Below are positions 1-11,373 of a DNA stretch of 64,000 bases, one piece after another (positions within the stretch are counted from its first letter, which is position 1; every line of letters begins with the position of its first letter). Source of the DNA: Octopus sinensis (Eukaryota). Below the pieces are notes generated by a model. The model saw only the letters and a program-made list of their open reading frames with translations. It searched no databases and was not told the DNA's origin. The position numbers and the translations under genes were made by a program. Location of the stretch: contig NC_043011.1 in assembly GCF_006345805.1 (NCBI RefSeq), positions 50,666,464 to 50,730,463 on the forward strand, given 5' to 3'.

Positions 1-224
1 AGCCAAATGTTGAATTCAAATGTTGGAAAATTTAAAACTATGCAGAAATGACAATTTGAGTATAGCACACCAATTTGGACAAAATTATCATTTTTATAGG
101 AATTGAATGGATCATATCTGAAAGCAGCTCCAGGAGTTGTGAAGAACGAATTGTACATAGTCTGTTTCTGAGAACTGGACTGCTATCTAATCATTAAAAC
201 GATTTTTTAATGATTCAGCATTAA

Positions 225-465
225 ATGCTGCAGCATGCATTTGCTGATCTTGGGAATGTCTCACTTCCCTTCTGTTTTGAGACTCCATCTGACGTGCTGC
301 AAGTATGCCTTTGCTGATCTTGAGAAAGTCTCATCTCACTTCTGTCTTGGGACTCCATTTGACATCCTACAGCATGCATTTGCTGATCTTGCGGAAAGTC
401 TGTCTTTTATTTCTGTATTGAGACTCCATCTGACATGCTGCAGTATGCCTTTACTGTTGCTGATG
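225..465. repeat. Diverged ~70-bp tandem repeat, ~3.5 copies
   Basis: Recurring (A/G)TGCTGCAG..TGC.TTTGCTGATCTT...GACTCCAT(C/T)TGAC at ~225, ~294, ~364 and ~435; units alternate CATGCATT / TATGCCTT. Confidence 0.75.
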
Positions 466-488
466 TGTCATGTTGTTCACATTGGGGT

Positions 489-990
489 ATAATTAGAAGT
501 AATGACATGCATAAGATCTGGTCATCAAATCTAAGTAGAGACTTCAAACTTGAAATATTCAAAGCCACAGTCGAACCAATTCTACTATATGGCTCAGAAA
601 CCTGGACGTTATCAAAGAAGCTTGAGAGGCGGTTGGATGGAACCTACACTCGCCTCCTTATGAGAGCTCAAAATCTCTCGTGGAAGCGCCATCCAACCAA
701 AATGCAAATATATGGGAAATTACCACCTGTCATCTCTTGTGAAAGGTAGGAGAGTCCAGTTTGCTGGACATTGTTGTAGAGCTGAAAAAGAAGTAATTTC
801 TACTCTTCTCCTCTGGAAGCCATCTACTCGCAATACCAGAGGGTGCACACTCTCCTACCCTGATGTAATCTCCAGGGATACAGGCATCCAGCAACAGGAC
901 CTCTGTAATGCTATGATGGACCGTGAAGTCTGGCGTAACATAGTAAATTCCATTGTCTCGACCACGGTCGAACAATGATGATGAATGAGA
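489..990 (+). mobile_element. 5'-truncated RTE-clade LINE 3' end (RT C-terminus), frameshifted
   Basis: ORFs 435-749 and 712-978 join across a frameshift near 730 into FKATVEPILLYGSETWTL...RRVQFAGHCCR...DREVWRNIV, typical of the RTE RT C-terminus; followed by a (TGA)n tail. Confidence 0.85.
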
Positions 991-1216
991 AGTGAAAGAA
1001 TAAAAGTGAAACAATATCATCTCACATTACAATATAGATGTTATTCTTTCACTTTTGACATGTAATACCGAACCAGTACCAATGTTGTATTGTTTTAATC
1101 CAAATGAAAAAAAAAATACATGCTGACACTTAGTGGGTCTGATACTATTACCATGCAAGATTTGGTTTGGCTGAGCCATTTGAGAATGCATTGGGAAAAG
1201 ACAGACAAAGAATAGT

Positions 1217-1217
1217 G

Positions 1218-1265
<48 letters not shown>
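1217..1265. repeat. (TA)n microsatellite
   Basis: Direct reading; explains the YIYI ORF 1027-1296. Confidence 0.95.
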
Positions 1266-1268
<3 letters not shown>

Positions 1269-1910
1269 GTTTGTGTGTAAATCTATGTTGACTCACCAGA
1301 AATAATAAATTACAGAACTCAATACATAGGTGTAGAGTATTCTTTAATACATTATAACAGAAAAGCTCCTAATACCAGTATTCTGAGTTATATGTTTTCA
1401 ATCATTTAGCTGGCAATCTTAGCCTGCTTTTTCTTTGAAATATTTATTGCTTGAATATATTTTTGAAATATGAAATGAAAGTTCTGAAGAAACACATATC
1501 TCCTGTTTTTATTTTTAAATAAAAACTTTGCAAGCTATACATGCAAAAACAGTTGCTTTAAGTTCATGTTTGTCATTTCATTTCTGGCTCTCATGGGAAT
1601 ATTCCAAATGTCTTAAACTTCATATAAGTGAGGTCACTCTAAAAACTTTCCTCATAAAATTGTATTGTTGTTTAAAGTAATTCTTTAAAGTACTATTTTT
1701 AAAACAGTGAATGTGTTTCAGTTTAATGTCCACTTTTCCATGCTAGCATGGGTTAGACAGGGAGTTATTCAGCTGAGGCAGGATTTTATGATCAGATACT
1801 CCCCTTGCCTGTTTGTCAAGTATATATAGAAATATGTGCATGTGTGTGTGTGTGATTATCATCCTCATTTAATATTAATGTTCTATGCTGGCATGGATTG
1901 GATGGTTTAA

Positions 1911-2132
1911 CCCTTTTGATACCAACCCGGCCAAAACCGCCTCTGGCTCTGTAGTACAAATGTCTTGTTTTCATAAGTTATGAATTAAAATCTTCCACCA
2001 AACCTTAGTCACAATTTATGTTCCCAACACTAGCTTAATGATAACTAAGTTGTTTTACTAAATTCTTTGTTATATTTAAAATTAATTGATTGAAATACAG
2101 AGCATCTCAAAATAAATAAGGTAACAAAAGGG
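1911..2132. mobile_element. piggyBac-like MITE (family A), complete
   Basis: TTAA on both sides (1907-1910, 2133-2136); 13-bp TIR CCCTTTTGATACC / GGTAACAAAAGGG with 1 mismatch; no ORF. Confidence 0.85.
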
Positions 2133-2599
2133 TTAACAAGACCTGATGTGTCCAAGGACTGCATTGTGATCTAGTGTATTTGTTATGGTTTCTATGGCTG
2201 GATGCCTTTCCTAATGCCAACCAGTTTACAGCATGTAGTGTGCTTTTCTTGTGCTACCAGCACTAGTGAGGCTGCTATACAGCTTGTAAGACTACAAAAA
2301 CCCAAGGCAGAGTGGGGTGCTTTATGCTTGGAGATGAAAGTTAAGGTATAAGAGGAGATGGGGCAGAGCAGGTCCTCGTAGACAAGCTACATGACTACTT
2401 ATATTTATGAGTGAATTAATGAGCAGTAGTAGTTGTGATGAGATATCATCCAGATTGCACCTCAAGATATGAGGTGAAAAGTGAGTGGAAACAGAGGAAA
2501 CTAGGAGTGCAAGTGGGTGGGAATTTTCCAAATAATTTTAACAAATTGTACAAAGTTTAGTCTGTTCCCCATTTAATAATTTGAACAAACTCTAGTGTC

Positions 2600-3130
2600 T
2601 GGTTTATCCTTCTGACTGTTTAGTGCTGTCTATACAATACAACACTTGACTATCTTGTACACTGTTTGATCTGTCTCCCAGACTTGTACAGTTTGATCTG
2701 TCCTTCAAACTGTACAATTTTTGGTCCGTTATCTGTCTGTCAAACTCTTCTTCAGACTGTAAAGTGTTTGGGCTGTCTTTCATATTGTATGAAGTTGAGA
2801 GAATTCACCGTTGAATAGTGCACTAATGAGTTTGATAAAATTGTACGTTTGATCTGTCCTTCTTCAGTTTCAGTCCATACAATATTGAACATGTCCTCCT
2901 TCAGTCTGTATTTGTCCTTCTATCCATATTGTGTTGAATGAGACTATACAGTATTGGGCAAGACCCCTCTCTATCTGTAGTGTTGGATTCAACAAACTAT
3001 AAGAGTGTTGAATTAATCTGTATTCAGACTATACAGTGTTGATTCCATCTGTCATAAATATAACATATTTAACAGAGCTGGAGGTCTGTCTTCCTTCAAG
3101 CTTGTCCACCTTCAGTTATATAGTACCGAG
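2600..3130. repeat. Old degenerate ~28-35-bp tandem array downstream of FAAP24
   Basis: Repeated TTGTACA..TTTGATCTGTC and TATACAGT.TTG motifs. Confidence 0.5.
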
Positions 3131-3252
3131 TCTATTTTCCTGCAATAGATATAGTAAACCGTACGTTATTGCTTCTGGCCTTCTTCAGTAAGTATAACAA
3201 GAATGTCTTTTAAAGGTTGATTCATAAGCAACTATGCTGTCAAACTTGAGAT

Positions 3253-3927
3253 TCAACTGAGAAAATCTATTATACGTGCGGCTATACTTTTGCCAACTAC
3301 GTTGCTCAGACTCTCGAAAGAGGCTTCAATTATGCCGTTGATGGAGCCGAAATTTACTAACAATAACTTTGCATTGGTAACACCTAGACCTGGTATACAT
3401 TGCAGTGTTGCCAATAGAGAACTTGAACTTTGATCTTCTTCAGAAGAATTTCGTATTCGCTTGAAGGGATTCTTCTCTGGTTGCGTGCCTGTATAAAAGA
3501 GTTGTGTGAGAATCCCGGCGGCGTCAGCTTGCGAGGAAACAGGTAGCAAGACTAATCCTAGTTCAAACACGCAAAAATTCTGGACATTGGCGTAATACTG
3601 TGTCGTCATGGATGTCTTTTCGGCGAGGACGATTATTTTGAAGACGTCAGCTCTTCTCAGTCTCACCATCTTTTTCTTATAGGCTGTAGCCTGAGACACC
3701 AACTCTGCCTCCGAGATGTAAACCACGCACACACTATTTGCAGGACGAAAATCGATGTCGGGTTTGTCGTCGAAGAACAAAACACGAACATTGGCCTGAA
3801 TTTTGGTCACCAATTCTGAGTTGCACCAACGTGAATTAACCATGATGTGATTTGGGACGATTTTATTTTCGGGGTCTACTGAAGTTTTACTTTGCTGTGT
3901 GTTCAGTTGTTGATTAGAAATATTCAT
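3253..3927 (-). CDS. FAAP24: Fanconi anemia core complex-associated protein 24, single coding exon, 224 aa
   Basis: ORF 3253-3933 starts at TTG; first ATG at 3927. Collinear with my recollection of human FAAP24: HIMVNSRW~HIVANEKW, VVYISEAELV~ILYVTEADLV, ELGLVLLPVSSQ~DLGMVLLPVASQ, C-terminal HhH QCIPGLG~QQIPGVG. TGA at 3255-3253. Confidence 0.95.
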   Translation of the reverse strand: MNISNQQLNTQQSKTSVDPENKIVPNHIMVNSRWCNSELVTKIQANVRVLFFDDKPDIDFRPANSVCVVYISEAELVSQATAYKKKMVRLRRADVFKIIVLAEKTSMTTQYYANVQNFCVFELGLVLLPVSSQADAAGILTQLFYTGTQPEKNPFKRIRNSSEEDQSSSSLLATLQCIPGLGVTNAKLLLVNFGSINGIIEASFESLSNVVGKSIAARIIDFLS

Positions 3928-3951
3928 TGTCAATCTGAAGTGTATTGTGAG

Positions 3952-3990
3952 CTACAAAGAAAGGAAGAGTAGATGAGAGAGGGGGAAAAA
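3952..3990 (-). other. FAAP24: Probable 3' splice acceptor of a FAAP24 5'UTR intron
   Basis: Minus strand reads TCTTTCTTTTTTCCCCCTCTCTCATCTACTCTTCCTTTCTTTGTAG, 24 nt upstream of the ATG; an alternative CTTCAG ends at 3935. Confidence 0.6.
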
Positions 3991-3999
3991 AGAAAGACA

Positions 4000-5011
4000 T
4001 TCAAAATGTGAAAAGTGAAAGTCAAAACAAACCGCCATCAAAATATGAAACTTTAGAATATTTACTTTCGTACTTGAAAAAAAAATATTAGTTTTTGTAA
4101 CTTATTTTATTTTGTTATTTCTATTGAAAATATAAAAAAATAATATCATTATAGCGATATTTTGCATAAACGTTAATATATAAAGACTAATACAACGTAT
4201 GCATATGTCGACCAAATATTACTGGTTTTATTTTTATTTTTAAATTAATGATTTAATTAGCTATTGCAAAATATTAATGCTGTAATTACAATTTCCATTT
4301 ACTAACAATATATATATATATAGACACACACTTTATATATATATATATATAGACACACACTTTATATATATATAGACACACACTTTATATATATATATAT
4401 ATATAGACATACTTTATATATATAGACACACACTTTATATATATATATATATATATATATAAGGATTGCCGGAAAATTTTATCCTGCAAATATCAACTTT
4501 TTTTTAAATAAAGCAAAAATAAATATAATGAATTACAACTAAACTAAATTTACATACGCACATAATATTAATAATATTTTTTGTTTAAACACATGGCAAG
4601 TATTTTTAATGTTGTTTTGGTAAGGAGGGCGTCTACAGTTGACTACATAAATTCATACCTGGTCTCTTATCGATACCTTACGAATGAAAGACAAAGTCAC
4701 CGGCGGGATTCGAACACAAAACAGAGAAGATCACTACTGAATATTAATTTACTTTAAATACGGGCACAAAAGAGCACATGTACCTACGTATACGTGTTTA
4801 AGTGAGGTATTAGCTTTATGTTTATGTACGTGGGGTTATGTGTAGAAGAAACCAGTTGGGACGACGTTCCTTGTCTTCAGAAATGTCTTGAAGCCACCCT
4901 AACCCGATCTACAAGTCGACCAACGTCGCCACCACTAACAACAACTGTCCTTACAATATGCATCATTAATTAAGGTTAAAAGTAATAAACATCTTGGAAG
5001 ATAGACACAAC
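4000..5011. promoter_or_regulatory. Probable bidirectional promoter region FAAP24/HTRA2
   Basis: Divergent ATGs at 3927 (-) and 5012 (+); CpG retained around 4620-4930 (e.g. GGGACGACGTTCC, GTCGACCAACGTCGCC). Confidence 0.65.
4308..4460. repeat. Compound repeat (TA)n-GACACACACTTTA, ~5 units
   Basis: Direct reading. Confidence 0.9.
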
Positions 5012-5397
5012 ATGGCCTCACCCATCCGGACTTATATAACTGTCGGCAGACAAATCTTACGGGGAAATGGAATATTTCAATATTATAGGCTGTCGTCAAA
5101 GCCAAGAAACTTCATGAATTTGTCGACTAATTCCCTGCGAGGACACGGTGAGAAGCTGAGACATTTAAATTTACGATTATTAAGTACTTTGGCGGGCCTC
5201 GGGCTCTTAGGATCTGTGGGCTTAAAGTATTATTTGAGACCAGTTCTTGCTGTTTCTAACGACAAGAACGATGATGATTATAATGAAGACACTGAAAATA
5301 CTTCTAATACAGTCAGCAATCGTGTTAAATACAATTTCATTGCTGATATAGTGGAAAAAGCTGTGCCAGCTGTCGTTTATATAGAAGTTGTGGCCAG
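5012..5397 (+). CDS. HTRA2: HTRA2/Omi exon 1 (mitochondrial presequence, TM segment, start of protease domain)
   Basis: MASPIRT... is Arg-rich and acid-poor; TM LLSTLAGLGLLGSVGL; YNFIADIVEKAVPAVVYIEV is an HtrA motif; donor AG|GTGAGT, phase 2. No IGFBP/Kazal module, so HTRA2 rather than HTRA1/3/4. Confidence 0.93.
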
Positions 5398-5929
5398 GTG
5401 AGTTTCAATTAAATTTAATTAAAAGATTCAAAGTTGGAATGCCAGATTAGCTTAGTTAGATATAATTTTTTCGAATTGGATATCTATTTTAATATATTTT
5501 GATCTATGTTGTTATAATGATTAGGTATCTTACTTACTGTTAAACTTCCACGTGCTCACTATAAATGATGCAATACCTATGGAACCGGAGTTAGACCTTC
5601 GGACTATTAGGAAGTCTGTACGCTGTATATATGATCATACTTCATTCAGTCAAGTCTGGGACCGTTTTATATAACTCACATCACAATGTTTGGTTATATG
5701 GGGATGTATTATACGTAGTGGTAATTGCTGTTTTGTCCAAGCTCAACACTCACCGAGATCTATGGCTCGGTCCGATCCACAGATCCCTATCTCCGGATAA
5801 ACCACACCTCCGTTTTGGTTGAGGAACACTGTATTCTGACATGCAGTGGTTGATTGAATATGGTGCATGTGTTACAGTCGGAGCTTGTTGCACCCTTTTC
5901 ACTGTTCAGTTTGTTTTTGTTTATTTATT

Positions 5930-6115
5930 ATTGTGGTTGTTTAACCTCGGGTTAACTCTGATCGAGTTGATCTATGGCCAAAGGCGCACTCTCCAGATGT
6001 GACTGACTTGTTTTTCTTTTTTTCTCCCAAGCTGTAATTTTTAGGATTACATCATTATCTAATGTGTTCTCACTTGAGTGAGATTTGGCTGCTATTTCTA
6101 GCAGACAGTGTTGCA
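5930..6115 (+). repeat. Dispersed repeat family G (GTTGTTTAACCCC.GG...GATCAAAGGC...GAGATTTGGCTGCTATTTCTAGCA)
   Basis: Same motif chain recurs at ~43935-44150, 44770-45160, 48565-48700, 52290-52460 and 62980-63190, with partial inverted copies at ~55450-55670; class unresolved. Confidence 0.7.
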
Positions 6116-6484
6116 TGGTTAAGAAGTTCGTTTCGCACTCTGTGGTGGTTTCGGGTAGGTCCCATTGTGTGGAACTTTTAGCAAGTGTATTTCACAATAA
6201 CCTAAAGTTCAGCAAAGCCTTGTCAGTGGACTTTGGTTGATGGAAGCCCGGTGGAAGGGACGTCAATGTTCTTCGTTAGCTGAACTAATCGGTCACCTGT
6301 ATTAACACCACCACCTTTGCCTGTTTGAAAGGACTTGGGCTAGATCTCCGATCCTTCCTTCATCCCCACCAATTTGGGAACTCTAGAACTGGAAAAAAAA
6401 TCTTGGGCACTGTCCTTCACTCTCCGAATGAGAGACCCCTCTCACCACCACTGATATTAGAAAGGTACTAGCGATCATGTTGAG

Positions 6485-6682
6485 CAGTATTTCTTAACCA
6501 TTTTTTACCTAGGGACCCCTTTGATTCCTATTTTACAATACTGGACCCTCATAGACATTTGATGTTTAAAAAAAGTATTTTGTGTATTGTAGAAGTATGA
6601 CTAATGTATTGTACTTAAACTTTAACAACAAAATCTTATATGTCCCCGCAAGGGTCATATGGACGCCTGTTGGGAACTACTG
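6485..6682. mobile_element. hAT-type MITE
   Basis: Ends CAGTATTTCTTAACC / GTTGGGAACTACTG; 8-bp TSD ATGTTGAG / ATGTAGAG with 1 mismatch. Confidence 0.75.
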
Positions 6683-7378
6683 ATGTAGAGGTCAAATGGA
6701 GTTTGGGAATGTCTAGCCCTCGAAGCCCTATACTTCATGAGAAGAGGAAAGAGAGAGGTTTATTTCCTTCGTTTTCTTTTAATATTCTTGTGTTTCATAC
6801 AACGGAAATTATAATTCTCAAAGAAATTAAAAGAATTATTTTTTTTAAATTCAGATATTGTTTCAGTCCATTTTCTTGCTTTTCACCCCATTTCCTTTCC
6901 CCATAATAGCTATTCCAAAACTCCACAGAGGATCCTTCATTAGATTTTGCTGGTGGTGATCAAGGTGAACACAATTCAAATGTGAACCGTCCAACCCATG
7001 CTAGCATGGAAAGCGGACGTTAAACGATGATGAGGATGATGATGATCTTATGTAGAAAACAGCAGAGCAGCTGTCTGAATGTATTGTATTTGAGATGATA
7101 CAGTGTAGACGTAGTAGAGGGCAATGTGAAGTGCTGTTATTTCTAAGTCATTCTATGCGCATAGACATTCCAACCACAATCATTCCATCTTCTTGTATAT
7201 TTAAGATTACATTCTTTGTTATCTATTCTTGGCTATAGATAAAAAAAAAAAAATGGTTGAGAACCCCTTAGACCCTCTCTACAAGAATTTCAAACCTTAT
7301 GTCTGTGGTAGAAAAAATTATATAGCCTGAGGTATTTAGAATATAACATGCTCAAAGGCACTATAGAATGCTCTCATA

Positions 7379-7786
7379 GGCGCAGGAGTGGCTGTGTGGT
7401 AAGTAGCTTGTTTACCAACCACATGGTTCCGGGTTCAGTCCCACTGCGTGGCACCTTGGGCAAGTGTCTTCTACTGTAGCCTCGGGCCGACCAAAGCCTT
7501 GTGAGTGGATTTGGTAGACGGAAACTGAAAGAAGCCCGTCGTACATATGTATATATATATATATATATATATGCGTTTGTGTGTCTGTGTTTGTCCTCCT
7601 AGCATTGCTTGACAACCGATGCTGGTGTGTTTATGTCCCCGTTACTTAGCGGTTCGGCAAAGGAGACCGATAGAATAAGTACTGGGCTTACAAAAGAATA
7701 AGTCCCTGGATCGAGTTGCTCGATTAAAGGCGGTGCTCCAGCATGGCCGCAGTCAAATGACTGAAACAAGTAAAAGAGTCAAGAGT
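7379..7786 (+). mobile_element. tRNA-derived SINE family A, full length, internal (TA)n
   Basis: A/B-box head GGCGCAGGAGTGGCTGTGTGG...GGGTTCAGTCCC; body; 3' ...TGACTGAAACAAGTAAAAGAG; homologous to 27240-27657 and 63469-63817. Confidence 0.85.
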
Positions 7787-8592
7787 ATAGTGGTGAATTA
7801 GCAGTGATCAGAGCATTGGACTGAAGGCTTCGAAGTATTTGTATTTCTTCTTACTACCTGTGCTTAGAGCTCAAATCCCACCAAGGTCAACTTTGCTTTT
7901 CATCTTTTATGGAGTTGATGAAAAGAAAAGTCACAATCCAAGGATGTGGATTGATGGAACTGTATGTTGACTGGATGCTTTGTGTTCTGAGTTCAATTCC
8001 TGCCATGGCTTCCTTGGCAGGTTGACTTAATATGTCACCTGGTTTCAACACCATTGCTTGCCACCTTTGGTACATTTAGCCAACTCTACTCTATTGCAAG
8101 CATTCGGGCCACATCTCTGGTTTGAGGCTACCTTTCTCTCTTCTTCTCTTCTACCAGCTCCAAATAATAAAATTTATAAGAAGTTATAGGCAGCACCTTA
8201 CCTTTTGACTGAAAGGTTTTTAAAAGAAAAAGTCATTTATAATCATAAACTGTAATTTATTTGATATCATAATTGTCAGCTTACTACAATATAAACTACA
8301 TTTTTTATTAGCAGTATATGACAGAATTGAGAATATGAATGCAAAAGTCTTTCAAGTATTTTGTAATATCATCCTGTGTTCTGATTTCAAACCTCACAAA
8401 ATAACAACTTTTATCACTGGAAGAGATATCATACTTAGTTATCTCCCTTCTCTTTCTGAGTTGATAGCACACGCAAATGAAGTTTACTGTTTCATCATTT
8501 CAGGATCAACAAAATAAGTACTTCGAGTACTGGAGTCAAGAGTATCAACTCTCCCAATTTAAAATTGTTGGCCTTATGCCTAAATTAGACAC

Positions 8593-8626
<34 letters not shown>

Positions 8627-8635
8627 GAGTGAGAG

Positions 8636-9181
8636 AGCAGTGCATGCCATCAAAGTGACACTGGGGTAATATATACGAAGCCCAGTATACCCATCATGAC
8701 TACCCGTCTGATAAGGGTTCACTAGGCACATGCATCACAACCATATGTGTGCAACATGGTTATTTCATATCAAGATAAACAGCACATGATCTTGCAAGTG
8801 GGGCCCAGTTAGAATCTTCTTCTGGTCGAGTAACCCATCCCGCTCAAAAGGTCCCTGAATAATGGTTGTTTAAGGATGTTGAACAAAACACCCATGTTTC
8901 CAGAAGCGAATTATTCAAACCCCAAAGAATTCCTGTCAACACATGGCTATGATGCTCCCCCATTACTTCTGCTCATGATCAGAGATGCACATATCGTCAG
9001 CCACTAAGGGGCATGCTCAACTGGTTACGGTCAAACAACTGACAAGCAAATCTGTGGTATTGAGCAGAATATTTGCTGTAGCCCATCTTTTATACCAAGA
9101 CAAAACAATGTACATGATAACACTTCCAATCAGTTAAGATCAGAAGCCATGAGAGCCACTGCCTGGTACTGCATCAGGGCA
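8636..9181 (-). mobile_element. Dispersed non-coding element family F with (TAA)n tail
   Basis: Homologous in the opposite orientation to 62040-62378 and partly to 26060-26240; simple-repeat tail at 8595-8635. Confidence 0.7.
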
Positions 9182-9185
9182 TTAT

Positions 9186-9590
9186 CATCATCATCATCAT
9201 CATCATTTAGCGTCCGTTTTCCATGCTAGCATGGGTTGGACGGTTCTACTGGGGTCTGTGAAGCCAGAAGGCTTCATCAGGCCCAGTCAAATCTGGCAGT
9301 GTTTCTACGGCTGGATGCCCTTCCTAACGCCAACCACTCCGTGAGTGTAGTGGGTGCTTTTTACGTGCCACCCGCACTGGTGCCAGACAGAGCTGGCAAA
9401 CGGCCACGAACGGATGGTGCTTTTTATGTGCCACCGGCACGAGGGCCAGGCGAGGCTGGCAACGGACACGAAACGGGGCGGTGCTGGCAACGGTCGCGAA
9501 ACGGAAAGTTCTCTTACATGCCACCGGCACTGGTAACACATCTGCAATTTCCATTGATCGATTTCGATTCTGATCCTCACTTGCCTCATA
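9186..9590 (-). mobile_element. RTE 3'UTR-derived element (family R) with internal ~55-60-bp repeats and (ATG)n tail
   Basis: On plus strand CATCATCAT..TTTAGCGTCCGTTTTCCATGCTAGCATGGGTTGGACGG...GGATGCCCTTCCTAACGCCAACC; same 3' end as the RTE at 14570-15620. Confidence 0.75.
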
Positions 9591-9689
9591 TTATTGTTAT
9601 TTCTGTCTTTGTATTATCCTCCTTATCCTTCGCCCTGGTGGCAAATAAAAGAAACCATTATTATTATTATTATTGTTATTATGGAAAGC

Positions 9690-10250
9690 AGCAAGCTGGC
9701 AGAATCGTTAGCACACCAGGTGAAATGCTTAGTGGGATTTTGTCTGCTACTACGTTCTAATTTAAAATTCCACTGAGGTCAACTTTGCCTTTCATCCTTT
9801 CGGGGTCAAAAAATTAAGTACCAGTGAAACACTGGGGTTGATGTAATCAACTAGTCCCTTTCTCCAAAATCTCAGGCTTTGTGCCTTTAATACAAAGAAT
9901 TATTATTATCATTATTAGATATTAAGGTGGTGATCTGGCAGAATTGTTAGTACACTGGAAAAAAGCTTATCAGCATTTCATCCATCTTTATATTTTGGTT
10001 TAAAATTCTACTGAGTTAACTTCACCTTTCATCCTCTTGTAGTAATGAAATAAATATCACTTGAGTATTGGGTTTGATGTAATTGACTTGCACACCTTCC
10101 CAAAAATTGCTGGCTTTGTGCCAAAATTTGAAGCCATTATTATGATTATTATTAGACTGGCAGAATTTGTAGCTCTGAGATTTCTCATTCTGCATATACA
10201 TATCCAACCGTGCTGTGTCAAGTTTGCTTTTTATTGCTTGTTTCTTGTGC
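9690..10250 (+). mobile_element. Tandem train of SINE family B copies
   Basis: Three GCTGGCAGAAT.GTTAG... heads at ~9694, ~9935 and ~10157, separated by (ATT)n tails; motif TTTGCCTTTCATCCTTTCGGGGTC. Confidence 0.75.
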
Positions 10251-10565
10251 CAATGTTAAAAATCCTAAAATTATTTATAAAGATCCTATGCTTTTCATCA
10301 GTCTAAAATTGATAAAATTAGACCAATCAAATTCATTTGAGTGAATTTAATTTCAGTCCTTTGTGCTTCTCATACAAAATAATTATTACTGAATAAATAA
10401 TTTGAGCATTGGACAAAATGCTTTCCAGTATTTAGTTACGATCCCTTACATTCTGAGTTCAAATCCTGCTGAGATCAGTTTTGCCTTTCATCCTCCTGAG
10501 GTCAGTAAAACAAAGTACTTGTCAAGTACCAAGTGGCAGGCCATTATGGAAAAAAATAATAATAA

Positions 10566-10890
10566 AAATAATAATAATAATGAAATTATTGTATACAGTG
10601 CTCAGGTGCACCACAACTGGTCAGAAAGTGCATATAAAGTACATGCAGTAATGTAGAAATGTCTGGAAAGTGAACAGTGTATGAGTCAGATACATGCTTG
10701 TGTGTGTATGGAGGGGAGAAAATCAAGTGTAGTGTTGGCGAATCTCAGGAAGCATGGAAGTTTTGAAGGATGCAGTGCTCCGACAACTAACAACCGATAC
10801 CGGCAGTTTGTTCCATGCTTCAGCAACTCTCAGCGTGAAAAAATATTTCCTGAAGTCATGGGAACTGTGCTGTTTTCTTACTTTGTAAAT
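10566..10890 (-). mobile_element. CR1-type LINE 3' end, family 1
   Basis: KVRKQHSSHDFRKYFFTLRVAEAWNKLP...EIRQHYT*, then 3'UTR and (TTA)n tail; nearly identical to 15981-16224 and 33030-33350. Confidence 0.85.
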
Positions 10891-11373
10891 ATGTCCAAAT
10901 AAGAGAAGGTATAGAAGAAGGAGAATGGGAGAAAGCAAAAAGTGTTGAAAATAAATGAAGAGGAGCATCACCACCACCACCACCACCTTATCTCTGAAGG
11001 ATAATTTATAGTTGTGAAATTGAATCACAAGTCATTCAGATTAATACTGAGCTTCCACAAATTTAGTAAAAATGAAAATGTGCCAAATGAGGAGGAAGAT
11101 ATAAAGCTGATATACAAAAGAGAGGGAAACAATAGATTGTTAGGAAAGATCGAACGAATAATTCTCTCTGATTTTGGTACAGAGCTAGCAATTTTGAAGA
11201 GAGGTATGTAAGTTGATTATATCACCCCACCAGTGCTCAATTAATACTTATCTTATTGACCCTGAAGGGATGAAAAGCAAAGGTGACTCTAGCAGTATTT
11301 GAACTCAAAATGTAAGCCAGAAGAAATGTTGCTAAGCTTTTTGTCCAGCATGGAAATAAGATAATATTAATGA

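Noticed and set aside
4641-4655. ZNF143-like GACTACA motif in the bidirectional promoter
   Set aside because: Lacks the TCCC half-site and lies next to a SINE remnant
4994-5011. ORF-track starts at TTG/GTG (HTRA2 4994, FAAP24 3933)
   Set aside because: Non-ATG starts from the ORF caller; the in-frame ATGs at 5012 and 3927 were used instead
9236-9760. 174-aa ORF and overlapping ORFs (also 25361-25882)
   Set aside because: GC-rich family R repeat sequence open in several frames, with no protein homology recognised
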